Under the pieces are notes generated by a model. That model did not search any database and was not told the DNA's origin. It worked only from the letters and a program-made list of their open reading frames with translations. A program made the translations under genes and the position numbers. This document shows positions 31,371 to 41,610 of a stretch of DNA of 64,000 nt, piece after piece; the first letter of the stretch is position 1; each line of letters opens with the position of its first letter. Source of the stretch: an uncultured delta proteobacterium (GTDB lineage: Bacteria; Desulfobacterota; Syntrophia; Syntrophales; UBA2185); the NCBI GenBank assembly GCA_963695875.1, contig CAVOID010000010.1, positions 1-64,000 of the forward strand, written 5' to 3'.

Positions 31371-31949
31371 TTACTCGTTCTCCTTCGCCTTATCCGCCGC
31401 CTTGTCCGCCGCCTCTTCAGTCTCTCCCTTTACTTTCTTTTTCTTTTTTGCCTTCTCCTGATCTGGCGCCGCGGCCCCTTCTCCAACCGCTTCCGCAGTT
31501 TCTTTTACCTTCTTTTTCTTTTTTTCCTTACCCTCTTCGGGGGCTTCTGTCGTTTTCTCGACTTTGACGTCTTCCTGTTCTTTCGGTGGAACTTGTGTCA
31601 TTTCGTTTTCCGGTTTTTCCGTCTTTTCCGGCTTTTTCTTTTTTGCCTTGCCCTCTTCCGGGGCCTCCTTTGCCTTCTTTCTTTTACCTCTTTCCCGATC
31701 TTTCGGCGGGGCAGCAGCCCTTTCCGCCTTTATCTTCGCCAGCTCTTCCGTCCTCTTTTCATTGGCGGCAATCGCTTTCAGCCTGTCATTGATGGCCCTG
31801 ATCTTTGCCCGCAATTTTTTAACATGAGTATCTTTATCGATGCGAGGAGACTCAATCCCCTTTTTTGACAGTGAAGACAGGCGATCTTCCAGCTTTTGTT
31901 CAAACTTTGCCTTTTGACCCATTTGCGTCTGCTTCTGCTTTGATCCCAT
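31371..31949 (-). CDS. Lys/Glu-rich hypothetical protein
   Basis: GGAGG RBS; coiled-coil N-terminus; repeated EAPEEGKxKKKK. Confidence 0.75.
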   Translation of the reverse strand: MGSKQKQTQMGQKAKFEQKLEDRLSSLSKKGIESPRIDKDTHVKKLRAKIRAINDRLKAIAANEKRTEELAKIKAERAAAPPKDRERGKRKKAKEAPEEGKAKKKKPEKTEKPENEMTQVPPKEQEDVKVEKTTEAPEEGKEKKKKKVKETAEAVGEGAAAPDQEKAKKKKKVKGETEEAADKAADKAKENE

Positions 31950-32242
31950 ATTTGTTCCTCCCTTTTCCGATTCACTAGTTTTTCTCCGGCAGTTCACAGA
32001 CAATGTAGAGCTTTCTCTTTTCTGCCGGGCAGATGATTATTGAGGATATGTGTATCAGAATTAGATCGAAAATCCAACACAATTCAGACTGTAGTAAACA
32101 TTTTTTGACGCCGCAAACGCTTAACGCTTGGCGCGGAAAAACTGTAGCCGGCTTCATCGTTATGCCTCTGAGTAAGGTATGCCGGCAATTAATTAAAGAA
32201 TCTCATAATCGAAGCAGAGTATGTTGAAGTAATAAGGAAAAT

Positions 32243-32332
32243 GTGAAGCTCCCCGCCCACAGGGCGGGGCTTCCCGGAAAGGAAACTATGCTTACATTGC
32301 ACCCCTTATCCCCGCCTAAAAGGCGGGGCTTG
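32243..32332. mobile_element. Two-hairpin element resembling IS200/IS605-family ends, no transposase
   Basis: GAAGCTCCCCGCCC-ACA-GGGCGGGGCTTC and CCCCGCCT-AAA-AGGCGGGG. Confidence 0.65.
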
Positions 32333-32333
32333 T

Positions 32334-32573
32334 ATGGGCGTTGCCGCGCAGACAGCTAATCTCAGCGCGGACATTCTTAGCTTCTCACGCTCGAAAGGTC
32401 TTTATGGGGGTGTGTCGCTTCAGGGGGCAGTTGTAGCAACACGAGACGGTTTGAATAGGGCCTTTTATGGCAAGAATGTCAAGCCCTCCGACGTCCTCAT
32501 CCGCCCTACAGTAAGCAACTCCCAGGCATCGATGCTGCTCGAAGAGGTGGCCAAGGCAGCGGCAAAGAAATAG
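32334..32573 (+). pseudogene. C-terminal fragment of a Ysc84/SYLF lipid-binding protein
   Basis: ADILSFSRSKGLYGGVSLQGAVV..NRAFYG; N-terminal part absent. Confidence 0.75.
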
Positions 32574-32808
32574 GGCATAACTTGACAGGCTGTTGAAAAA
32601 GGCCCATCTAATACGTTGCACTACGCCCTTCCCCGGATCAAGTGCGGGGTGGGCTTGTTCACCGAACGTCTGTGTACTCCTCACGACTCAGGACAACCGC
32701 AAATCATCGGGCTCCAGGGCATGGTTTTTTTGGTCATTACCTCTTGACACATAATTGCCATTTATCTATATTTCGAAAGTAAAAAAGCAAGCCTTAGAGG
32801 AATGACCT

Positions 32809-33012
32809 ATGCCCATTTACATGTTTGAATGCTGCAAGTGCAAGACCGCCTATGAACGGATTATGAAGGTCGATGAAAAATACGATAAATTGGAGTGTCC
32901 GTCATGCGGGGCGACAAAGCCGAAAAAATTAGCCACGACCTTCCGGACCCATGCATGGTCGAATTTTCTGGACAAGATGGAAAGGAAGATCAGTCCCCAT
33001 AAATTCAAATAA
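32809..33012 (+). CDS. FmdB-family zinc ribbon protein
   Basis: MPIYMFECCKC..CPSCG. Confidence 0.85.
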   Translation: MPIYMFECCKCKTAYERIMKVDEKYDKLECPSCGATKPKKLATTFRTHAWSNFLDKMERKISPHKFK

Positions 33013-33073
33013 GAGACCCTCATTAAGGCAAGAAACAACTATCAACAGGATTTACATCAACTGAACAGAATTC

Positions 33074-33865
33074 CTACATGACCCCCTTGTAGTAGCCGCC
33101 GTCTATCTGGATCGCCGCACCGGTGATATAACCTGCAACCTCAGAGGATAGAAAGGCCACCAGGCCGGCTAATTCTTCCGGCTTACCGAGGCGTCCCATC
33201 GGGATTTCAGATTCCCATCTCTTAACAATCGCATCCGGTGTAGTGCCCTCCCTGGCAGCGACAGCCTTTGATACCTCCCTTACCCGTTCCGTCATGGTGT
33301 AGCCGGGGCAGACGTTATTCACGGTAATGTTAAACGGCGCCAACTCGTTGGACAGGCTCTTGGCGAAACCGATGACGCCGGAGCGGATTGTGTTGGACAG
33401 GATCAGGCCTTCGATAGGCTGCTTTACAGAGATAGAGGTCATATTGATGATACGTCCCCAGCGCTTGGCCTTCATTACAGGAACGGCCTCACGGGTCATG
33501 AGTATGGTGGACAGGAGATTAAGACGGAAGCCATATTCCCAGAGGTTGTCGTCAATATCAAAAAAAGGCTTTGACGGTGGCCCTCCGGCATTATTAACCA
33601 GTATATCCAGCGTCCCGTAGTGATCCACGGCGCCGCGGACGAACTGTCTCGCCTGCTTGGCATCAGTCACGTCGGCGGGGATGGCAATGACTTCTCCCCC
33701 CGTTTCCTTTATGATCTCCTCTCTTGCCTTCGGCAGATGCGGATCTTCCAGGGCACAGATGGCGATACGCGCCCCTTCCTTGGACAGTCTCTTAGCCACG
33801 GCCAATCCCAGTCCCATGCTCCCTCCGGCTACCAGGGCTACTTTATTCTTCAATCCTAAATCCAT
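33074..33865 (-). CDS. SDR family oxidoreductase
   Basis: GGSMGLG, NNAGGPP, SNTIR (atypical YxxxK position), IPMGRLG. Confidence 0.92.
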   Translation of the reverse strand: MDLGLKNKVALVAGGSMGLGLAVAKRLSKEGARIAICALEDPHLPKAREEIIKETGGEVIAIPADVTDAKQARQFVRGAVDHYGTLDILVNNAGGPPSKPFFDIDDNLWEYGFRLNLLSTILMTREAVPVMKAKRWGRIINMTSISVKQPIEGLILSNTIRSGVIGFAKSLSNELAPFNITVNNVCPGYTMTERVREVSKAVAAREGTTPDAIVKRWESEIPMGRLGKPEELAGLVAFLSSEVAGYITGAAIQIDGGYYKGVM

Positions 33866-33949
33866 ATCTGCCTCCTCAGGTATTATTCACATTAATCCTT
33901 GAGTCCCTACCATATTTTAAATGGAATTTCTCAACTTTTTCGTCCATGC

Positions 33950-34684
33950 TTATTTTTTCTGCAAGGCTTCGGATGCCTTCTCCAGGAGGAATTCCTGAAA
34001 GGCCTTGTCATGCTCAACGCAAAAAGCCTCCTCAAAACCGCGATTCGCATGATCCAGCATGTATGTCTTTATGAAGCGAAGGGCAGATATTGGGGCTTCC
34101 AGAATGGTGGCGGCGATCTGGCTTGCTCTTTCCAGCAACTTATCTCCGTCGACAACCTCGCTGACCAGACCTGTGCGATGGGCCTCCGCTGCATCAATCC
34201 TCCTACCTGTGAAACAGAAGTCCCGGGCCAGCCCTTCGCCCACAATCCATCTAAGGGGGGTAAGCAGCGGGGGGATGCCGAATTTGATCTCCGGATGGCC
34301 GAAGATAGCGGTCTTTGCGCATATTCTCAGATCGCATATCTTTGCAAGATCAAACCCGCCGGCCAGGGCCGGGCCATTCACCGCAGCGATTGTGGGCTTA
34401 GGAAAATACCAGATATCCCTGTGATACCTTGCCGACGTTTCGTAAATCTCTTTAAAGAGGGTCGGCTGCTTGAATTCGCTTAAATCAAAACCTGCGCTGA
34501 ATGCCTCGCCGTTGCCGGTGAAAATCACCGTTCCGACGGTTTCGGATTCCTGCCAGTTTTTTAGACATGCTGATATTTCACGACGCATTTCAATGGAGAT
34601 GGCATTCCGTTTTTCGGGGCGATTCAAAGTAATGATACCGATTCCGCCTTGCTTTTCTACCGCTTCTATTGTCCGGAACTCCAT
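33950..34684 (-). CDS. Enoyl-CoA hydratase/isomerase family protein
   Basis: LNRPEKRNA, FSAGFDL, NGPALAGG, FGHPE. Confidence 0.9.
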   Translation of the reverse strand: MEFRTIEAVEKQGGIGIITLNRPEKRNAISIEMRREISACLKNWQESETVGTVIFTGNGEAFSAGFDLSEFKQPTLFKEIYETSARYHRDIWYFPKPTIAAVNGPALAGGFDLAKICDLRICAKTAIFGHPEIKFGIPPLLTPLRWIVGEGLARDFCFTGRRIDAAEAHRTGLVSEVVDGDKLLERASQIAATILEAPISALRFIKTYMLDHANRGFEEAFCVEHDKAFQEFLLEKASEALQKK

Positions 34685-34892
34685 AATGATCCTCCTTTTG
34701 TGAAGTATGGTTGTTGAAATATGAAACTGCTCAAACGGGAAGCGGATTCATATTTACAATAATCTTAAGAATGAATCAATGGACTGTTTAGAATGACAAA
34801 GGAAAGCCGCCTCACCCGAAGATGAAGCGGCTCGGAGGATATGTCTATAGATATTTGGTCAGATTTATGCTTCTTCGTAAGGATTCTATAAT

Positions 34893-35300
34893 TTACAGTA
34901 GATCCGTCCACATTTCTTTGAAGACCCCGCTACAAATGATTACCTCATCGACCTTCTCAAAGTACACGTGTTTTTCCATATCCTGTTTGGTTACCGGGTT
35001 GTACCACTTGTAATCAACAAAGCCACTGCCCTTGGTGTTGGCGACTTCGACTATCTCCCGGATAAAACTCCTGCCATCAGAATCTTTTACGTCACAGAAA
35101 TCAAGCCCTATATATTTTTCGTTGACTCCATGTGCGAGCATTGTCCCTTTGAGGTTCAATGCAAAAATATACATGTCTCCTTCGATGAAAGGCCCCTTGG
35201 GATTTGTGAATTCTGCCAGTGCTACCGCTTTGCCGGCCTTTTTATAAAAAGCTATTGCCTTCTTCACCCACTCTTTCGCTTCTTCTTTTCCTCTGTACAT
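34893..35300 (-). CDS. Stand-alone single Cache domain protein (no signal peptide)
   Basis: YIFA..GTMLAHG..KDSDG..GFVDYKWYNP..K. Confidence 0.85.
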   Translation of the reverse strand: MYRGKEEAKEWVKKAIAFYKKAGKAVALAEFTNPKGPFIEGDMYIFALNLKGTMLAHGVNEKYIGLDFCDVKDSDGRSFIREIVEVANTKGSGFVDYKWYNPVTKQDMEKHVYFEKVDEVIICSGVFKEMWTDLL

Positions 35301-35488
35301 ATGCCCCTCCTTTTCTAATAGGTTTTTCCCGATTAATTTGATTATTAGACGGGTTTTAGGTTAAAAAAATTGCCATATAAAAAAACTATACATTATCTAT
35401 TATAGTAACGAATTATGAAAATGCAATATTAAAATTATGCTTAAAAGTATTAAGAAAATATTAATATTCTTACAAGCACAAACGGTTC

Positions 35489-35875
35489 TTATTTAATCGG
35501 CCATTCGCCCCGCTCTTTAAGGACATCCCTGTAAACTTCAAGGGCTTCATTGACGGCAGGCATGCCTGCGTAGGTCGCAACCTGAAAAAAAACCTCAGCA
35601 AGTTTCCTGGGGTCACAACCAACGTTTAGGGCCGCATTCACATGAAGTTTTAATTCTCCGGTTGCCCTGAGGGCTGCGAGCATGGCACAGGCTGCCATCT
35701 GCCTTTCGGGAAGGGTTAAAACAGTCCTGGAATAGAGGTTGCCCGTAATAAAACGGGAAAAGTCGTTGGCAAGGTCCCTGTCGAATTCCCGCCACATAAG
35801 ATAAGGGGGGTCCATCTTGATCCCTTTGCCAAAAAGGGTGTTCGCGGTTTCCTGAGTTCTTCTTCTTGATTTCAT
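35489..35875 (-). CDS. Carboxymuconolactone decarboxylase family protein
   Basis: YSRTVL..ERQM..LKLHVNAALNVG..YAGMP. Confidence 0.88.
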   Translation of the reverse strand: MKSRRRTQETANTLFGKGIKMDPPYLMWREFDRDLANDFSRFITGNLYSRTVLTLPERQMAACAMLAALRATGELKLHVNAALNVGCDPRKLAEVFFQVATYAGMPAVNEALEVYRDVLKERGEWPIK

Positions 35876-35907
35876 CGCTCATCGTATTGTTCCTTAGGCC
35901 TTTTTCG

Positions 35908-36129
35908 TTAATGGTCATTATTCAACTTGCCGCCGTAAGGGTTGACCTTAATGTCATCGTAACAGGTATGGCAGAATACTTTTGTATCCACATGGCCGCA
36001 GCCATAACCCCAGAGGTCAAATTTACGGCAATCTGTACAGAGAGGAATCTGACAGCCGTCACAGAAAATGACGGCCGGGATTTTCCCGCAGCGACTGCAG
36101 GCAGTGCTTCTGTTTTCTACTACAATCAT
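35908..36129 (-). CDS. Small Cys-rich, probably zinc-binding protein
   Basis: Four CxxC pairs plus GCGH in 73 aa. Confidence 0.7.
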   Translation of the reverse strand: MIVVENRSTACSRCGKIPAVIFCDGCQIPLCTDCRKFDLWGYGCGHVDTKVFCHTCYDDIKVNPYGGKLNNDH

Positions 36130-36203
36130 GACGTATCAAACTAACATATGCGGTAATAGGCCTCAAGATGAAAGGGAGGATATTTTTTCAGCATGCCTCT
36201 ATT

Positions 36204-36884
36204 TCACTGCTTTTCGGCTGCAGCTTCTCTTTCGAAGTCATCCTCTCTTGCCATACCACCTGCCTGAAAGTAGGCCGGATAATATTTCCTGAAGTTTGTG
36301 ACGATCCTTTCATACGGAACATCGGCGAAATGGCCGTGATCCATTATGTATTCCATATGCCGTTTTCCTTCCCTGTCGTATGGATGAAAGAGGCTGTCGC
36401 TTCTGCCGTCGAAATCGAGGGGTTTTACGCCGAACTTGTCACATAGAGACAGGTTGAAGGTCGGCGTGGCCTTAATCCAGCGGTTCTCGAGGAAGAGCTC
36501 CGTATAACCATGGAATATAAAGGTATCCGTTTTCATCAACCGCCGGAGCCTTTCTGTGGAAAGGTGGTTGCGTACATCGGCGAAACCAAGGCGGCTGGGG
36601 ATACCCGCAGCGCGTGCTGCAGCGCTGAGCACGATTGCCTTGGCAACGCAATAGCCATAGCCCCTGGAGATGATACTACTGGCCTTGAAGGCATCCCGCT
36701 CCTCCAAATCGATCTTGTACGGGTCATACCTGATTTTGTCCCGAACGGCGTAAAAAAGGGCAATGCCCTTCTCAAGTAAGGTCCCTTTGTCGTCGACAGC
36801 ATCGCTGGCAAAAGCTATAACCTCCGATTCATCGCTGTCAATGAAATACGTGGGTCGAAGGTATTGTCGCAAATCATCCTTCAT
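36204..36884 (-). CDS. Transglutaminase-like protein
   Basis: GYCVAKA..RAAGIPSRLGFADVRNH..HGY..ATP. Confidence 0.9.
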   Translation of the reverse strand: MKDDLRQYLRPTYFIDSDESEVIAFASDAVDDKGTLLEKGIALFYAVRDKIRYDPYKIDLEERDAFKASSIISRGYGYCVAKAIVLSAAARAAGIPSRLGFADVRNHLSTERLRRLMKTDTFIFHGYTELFLENRWIKATPTFNLSLCDKFGVKPLDFDGRSDSLFHPYDREGKRHMEYIMDHGHFADVPYERIVTNFRKYYPAYFQAGGMAREDDFEREAAAEKQ

Positions 36885-36981
36885 ATTTGTCTCTTTCTGA
36901 TCATAATCAATGTATTAATTATACGACATTCTTCCATAGAAGTAAATGCCGCCAGTTTATTATGATACCATGCCGCAACCA

Positions 36982-37082
36982 TGTCATTGCGAGAAGCGAG
37001 TGAGCCGAAGACACGAGGCAAAGCCGCGGTGGGACGCGGGCAAACTCATATTCTGAGATTGCTTCACCGCGTTCGCAATGAC
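36982..37082. repeat. TGTCATTGCGAG..GAGATTGC..TCGCAATGAC palindromic repeat
   Basis: Terminal inverted repeats visible; half copies at 43230-43266, 44695-44727 and 47902-47934. Confidence 0.75.
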
Positions 37083-37209
37083 CACATATCATTATATTAC
37101 GTTTGAACGCAATTTGTTATGAACATATCCAACACTAAATAGATGTTTGCCGCTTAACGTTAAAAAATGATATAGTGAGTAAATTAATATGTAAAGAGGT
37201 TTAAAGCAC

Positions 37210-39291
37210 ATGGCAGAAGATCTTCGCTGGATCAGGACTCATTGCGCCAGGATGGATCACGGAGGCTGCACCCTCCTGGTTGGCGTTAAAGATAATAGAA
37301 TTGTTAAGGTGAAGGGAGACCCGACTGGTTACCTGAGCAGGGGTTATATCTGCCCCAAGGGTGTGGCGTCACCGGATCGACTGGTACACCCGGACCGCCT
37401 CAGGTATCCCCTCAAGCGGGCGGGGAAGCGCGGTGAGGGCAAATGGCAGCGTATTTCCTGGAAGGAGGCGTTGCAGGAAGTCGCCGGGAACCTCCTTGAG
37501 ATTAAGGAAAAACACGGTGCAAAGGCCGTAGCCTTTGGCGTCGGGATGCCTAAAGGCCTGGAGCATTTTATCCTCATACGGCTGGCCAATATTTTCGGAT
37601 CGCCGAATGTGGTCGCTTCTCAGGACGTCTGCCACGCGCCCCGTGAGATCACGGGCATCCATACCTGCGGATTTTACCCCGTCGCGGATTTTCATCACCC
37701 GAGCAAGCTGATCGTCCTCTGGGGAAGCAACATCACCTCTACCAATGAGGAGGGTGAGATTTGCAGCCTCTTCCTCGAACAGATCAAAGAGGGAACCGAG
37801 CTGATCGTCATCGATCCCCGCCGGATCGACCCGGCGAAGAAAGCCAAAATGTGGCTTCAGATCCGGCCCGGCGCGGACATCGTCCTGGCTCTGGGCTTTC
37901 TGAATGTCATCATCCATGAAGGTTTGTACGATAAGGAATTCGTGGAAAAGTGGACTGTAGGTTTTGCAGACCTGGCCGAGCATGTGAAATCATTCACACC
38001 TGAAAAGGTTTCCGAAATCACCTGGGTCGCGCCTGAACTCATCAATGAAGCCGCCCGATATTATGCGGCGACAAAGCCCGCAGTCATTCAATGGGGGAAT
38101 CCCATAGAGCACAATATTTTTACATTCGACACTACCAGGGCCCTTATCTGTCTCATGGCCATCACGGGCAATCTTGATGTACCCGGCGGCAATGTGGAGG
38201 CACACGACCCGAATATCGTGGGGCTTGCACCTCTCGTCCGCGCCGACCTAATTCCGGATAAGCGCAAGGATATGGTCAGCACGCACCACCGGATCATCCC
38301 GCGTTTGATGACCGTGGCGCCTGCCTATTTCCGGAAGGCCGTTCTGGACGGGATCCCCTATCCGATAAAGGGGTTCTACGCCATGTGCTGCAATCCGGTA
38401 ATGACTTACGCCGACAGCCGCCAGACATATGAGGTCCTCATGAAGCTGGATTTCATCGCCATAGCGGACATCTTCATGACCCCGACGGCGGCCCTGGCGG
38501 ATATCGTTCTTCCCGCAGCCACCCAGTTTGAATTTGACGACATCGGCCATCTGGGACTCGGTCACGGCTACATCCTGGCAAGGCCCAGGGTCGTCGATCC
38601 GCCGGAGGAATGCTGGCCGGACATGAAGATTATGAATGAGCTGGGCAAACTGATTAGCCCTCCGGAACTCTGGCATGAGGATTACCGCATGTTCCTGGAA
38701 GACGTCGTCAAGCCCGCAGGCCTCACGTATGCCCAGTTTGCGGAAAAGGGATACCTGAAAGGATCGGACCGTTTCAAGTCCTATGAAGATAAAGGGTTCA
38801 AGACACCTACAGGAAAGGTGGAACTTGCCCTCAGCACGGCGGAGAAGTTCAAGCTCGCCGCCCTGCCAAAATACACGGGCCCGCCGGAAGCGGACGACCC
38901 CGATTATCCCCTCCTGCTCACCAGCGCCAAGAGCCGCTATTTCCTCCATTCATCGTACCGGTGGCTGGAAAAACTCAGAAAGCTGCGACCTCATCCGCGC
39001 CTGGAGATCCACCCGGAAACGGCGCAAAAATTTGGCATCAGCGAGGGGGACGAAGTGGTCATTGAAACAAAATACGGAAGGATCACCCAGGTCGCCCACC
39101 TGACGGATGGCATCGATCCCCGTGTGCTGTGCGCCGCACACGGCTGGTGGTTCCCCGAAGGAAAGCCGGAAACGCAGTACGACTGGGACAAATCCAATTT
39201 CAACATGCTGACCTCCACGGGGAAGCTCGGCAGGGAGTACGGCACCCCCAACCTGAAGGCACTGCCCTGCCGGATCAGCCGTAGAGCATAG
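37210..39291 (+). CDS. Molybdopterin (bis-MGD) oxidoreductase, acetylene-hydratase-like branch
   Basis: CARMDHGGC..CPKG, DRLRYPLKR, ADIVLPAA, HSSYR, HGWW. Confidence 0.9.
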   Translation: MAEDLRWIRTHCARMDHGGCTLLVGVKDNRIVKVKGDPTGYLSRGYICPKGVASPDRLVHPDRLRYPLKRAGKRGEGKWQRISWKEALQEVAGNLLEIKEKHGAKAVAFGVGMPKGLEHFILIRLANIFGSPNVVASQDVCHAPREITGIHTCGFYPVADFHHPSKLIVLWGSNITSTNEEGEICSLFLEQIKEGTELIVIDPRRIDPAKKAKMWLQIRPGADIVLALGFLNVIIHEGLYDKEFVEKWTVGFADLAEHVKSFTPEKVSEITWVAPELINEAARYYAATKPAVIQWGNPIEHNIFTFDTTRALICLMAITGNLDVPGGNVEAHDPNIVGLAPLVRADLIPDKRKDMVSTHHRIIPRLMTVAPAYFRKAVLDGIPYPIKGFYAMCCNPVMTYADSRQTYEVLMKLDFIAIADIFMTPTAALADIVLPAATQFEFDDIGHLGLGHGYILARPRVVDPPEECWPDMKIMNELGKLISPPELWHEDYRMFLEDVVKPAGLTYAQFAEKGYLKGSDRFKSYEDKGFKTPTGKVELALSTAEKFKLAALPKYTGPPEADDPDYPLLLTSAKSRYFLHSSYRWLEKLRKLRPHPRLEIHPETAQKFGISEGDEVVIETKYGRITQVAHLTDGIDPRVLCAAHGWWFPEGKPETQYDWDKSNFNMLTSTGKLGREYGTPNLKALPCRISRRA

Positions 39292-39340
39292 ACTCATTGA
39301 ATAGGTTATCCGGAAACCGGTATTCTCTTATCCGCGCTTA

Positions 39341-40120
39341 TCATTCAAAATGCTTAAGCCACTTCACGACTTCTTCAACTGCATCTTTCGGCGTATCCAT
39401 GTGATCGCTGTTCACCACAAGGTATTTGTTATTCGCGTTTGCCGGGACCTTATCGAAAGCATAAGCTGAACCTCTTTTATAGAGCCGGTCCTGAGTCCCA
39501 ATCACCCAGAGTAGCGCCGTGCCGGGCTTCAGCGCTGCCGCGTTTCTCGGCATAACCGCATGGCCGTCGGGGTCAAACCAGCTGAGATAAATCTTCGGTG
39601 TAACCCTAATCGTGGAATTGATCCCCTGGTTGGTATCCTGAAACCGGGCACGCTCGTCACCCTTGCCTTCTTTCAGCAGCACCTTCGCGTGTTCGACGCT
39701 GTCTCCGATCCTTTCCTGAAATTGCGTGGTCTCGGGCACATGTCCCGGAGCAATCGCCAGAACCCCATCCACAACCTTTATGGTTCCATAGTAGAGCGCA
39801 ACATTGGCTCCCAGACTGTGCCCTGCGATGAATATTCTATTCGCCCCCCGCTTTTTCAGCTCGGCAACTGCTCCGTCGATCTCCACCGCCGTGTCTTCAT
39901 AACTTTTGTCGTACTGGCGAGCTCTCGAATAAGGCATGTCAGGCGTTATTACGATAAACCCCTCAAAATCAAGTCTGCTCGCAAGGCGCAAGACAGACGG
40001 TGTTGCAGGGCTTCCGTTTTTCCCGTGCATGAGGACAATGCCGATCTTTGATCCGGCTTCACACAAAGGCGCAATAATGAAGATGGCAATCAGGACAAGA
40101 AAGATAACTTTTCTTTTCAA
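39341..40120 (-). CDS. Secreted alpha/beta hydrolase
   Basis: Signal peptide; MHGK, GHSLG, D and H of the triad. Confidence 0.88.
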   Translation of the reverse strand: MKRKVIFLVLIAIFIIAPLCEAGSKIGIVLMHGKNGSPATPSVLRLASRLDFEGFIVITPDMPYSRARQYDKSYEDTAVEIDGAVAELKKRGANRIFIAGHSLGANVALYYGTIKVVDGVLAIAPGHVPETTQFQERIGDSVEHAKVLLKEGKGDERARFQDTNQGINSTIRVTPKIYLSWFDPDGHAVMPRNAAALKPGTALLWVIGTQDRLYKRGSAYAFDKVPANANNKYLVVNSDHMDTPKDAVEEVVKWLKHFE

Positions 40121-40318
40121 AGTTTAAGCCTCCCATTTGTTTGTTCAATATTCATACTATAACAATTCACTATTCAAAGTCGCAATGACAAATTTGGAAT
40201 TCATTTCTTAACTGTAATATCACAAAACTTTATCTCGAAATGTGGTACATATAAGAAAGCAGGTCGGGATCCCGCTGTTCTTTATTGTATCGGTTTCCGG
40301 AATTCGAGGCACTCTGTA

Positions 40319-41527
40319 ATGAATAACGAAAAGAAAATAGTACTTTTCACCTTTACAGCCCATTTTATGTTTCATTTTTATGAACTGGCCTTCCCTGCCC
40401 TGGCGATTCCCCTCGTCATTTCGTTGAATATGGATCTTAAGGAAGTTTTGAAGTTGGGGTTTCCCATGTACCTCGCCTTCGGCCTCTTCTCGCTGCCCTG
40501 GGGTTTCTTTGCTGACCGTGTCGGCAACCGTGTCGCTCTCATCATCTGCTTCTTCGGAACCGGCATCGGAGCCATCATGACAGTCCTCGCCACGTCTCCG
40601 ATAGGAATCATGCTGTCCCTGGCTGTAATCGGCGTCTTTGCCGGTATCTGCCATCCTGCCGGCATGGGCCTGATCTCCCTGGGAGTAAGGAATCGTGGTA
40701 TGGCCCTGGGCATCAACGCCATCGCCGGAAGTCTCGGACTTACCGCGGCCCCTTTTATTGCCGGGTTTCTCAACTGGGCCGCCGGATGGAAAGCGGCATA
40801 TGTGGCTGCCGCGATCTTTACGTTCTTCTGGGGTATTGTTATGTTGTTTGCCAAAATCGACGAAACCCCGCTGGTCCACGAACATGAGAAAGAGACGACA
40901 TTCAAGAAAGGGTATAAGACTTTCCTGCCCGCCGTCATCCTCTTTTTCACCATCGTGACCCTGGGGGGTCTTACCTATCGCATCAATATCGTGGTTCTAC
41001 CCGCATACCTCGAATGGAAGGCGTCTTTCCTGTCGCAGTACCTTAATTTTCACACACCGGCGACAGCCACACTGGCTGCGGGCATGCTCACATCGGTTAT
41101 TTATATCGTCGGGATTTTAGGTCAATTTTTTGGTGGACGAATGGCAGACCACCATGAACTGCGACGGCTTTATCTCCTGTTCAACGTAATCAGCCTGCCC
41201 TTCGTGATCTTTATGGCGTTTGCCCAGGAGCAGATGCTATTTGTTGTCTCCGCTGTCTATGTCTTCTTTGCGTTGGGCATCCAACCCATCGAAAACAGCC
41301 TCATCGCCAAATTTACACCTCAAAAATGGCGGAGCACCGGTTATGGTTTCGCATCCGTTTTAATTTTTGGGGTTGGTTCCCTGGCAGTATATCTTGTCGG
41401 CTGGGTAAAAGACACCTGGCATCTCGGTGTCGTTTATATCTTTTCCGGATTCATGGTCTTCCTGATTATCGGCGGGATAATGTTCCTGACGTGGATGACG
41501 CGGAAAATAACGTTTAAGAACTTCTGA
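40319..41527 (+). CDS. MFS transporter
   Basis: About 12 TM helices; GFFADRVG; HPAG. Confidence 0.92.
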   Translation: MNNEKKIVLFTFTAHFMFHFYELAFPALAIPLVISLNMDLKEVLKLGFPMYLAFGLFSLPWGFFADRVGNRVALIICFFGTGIGAIMTVLATSPIGIMLSLAVIGVFAGICHPAGMGLISLGVRNRGMALGINAIAGSLGLTAAPFIAGFLNWAAGWKAAYVAAAIFTFFWGIVMLFAKIDETPLVHEHEKETTFKKGYKTFLPAVILFFTIVTLGGLTYRINIVVLPAYLEWKASFLSQYLNFHTPATATLAAGMLTSVIYIVGILGQFFGGRMADHHELRRLYLLFNVISLPFVIFMAFAQEQMLFVVSAVYVFFALGIQPIENSLIAKFTPQKWRSTGYGFASVLIFGVGSLAVYLVGWVKDTWHLGVVYIFSGFMVFLIIGGIMFLTWMTRKITFKNF

Positions 41528-41610
41528 TGATCGAGTTGGATATCCCGTCAGTTCCCTGTTAGCCACCGCCAAATTGTCTTGACTCATAAGTCCCCCTTCC
41601 TCTATACTTT

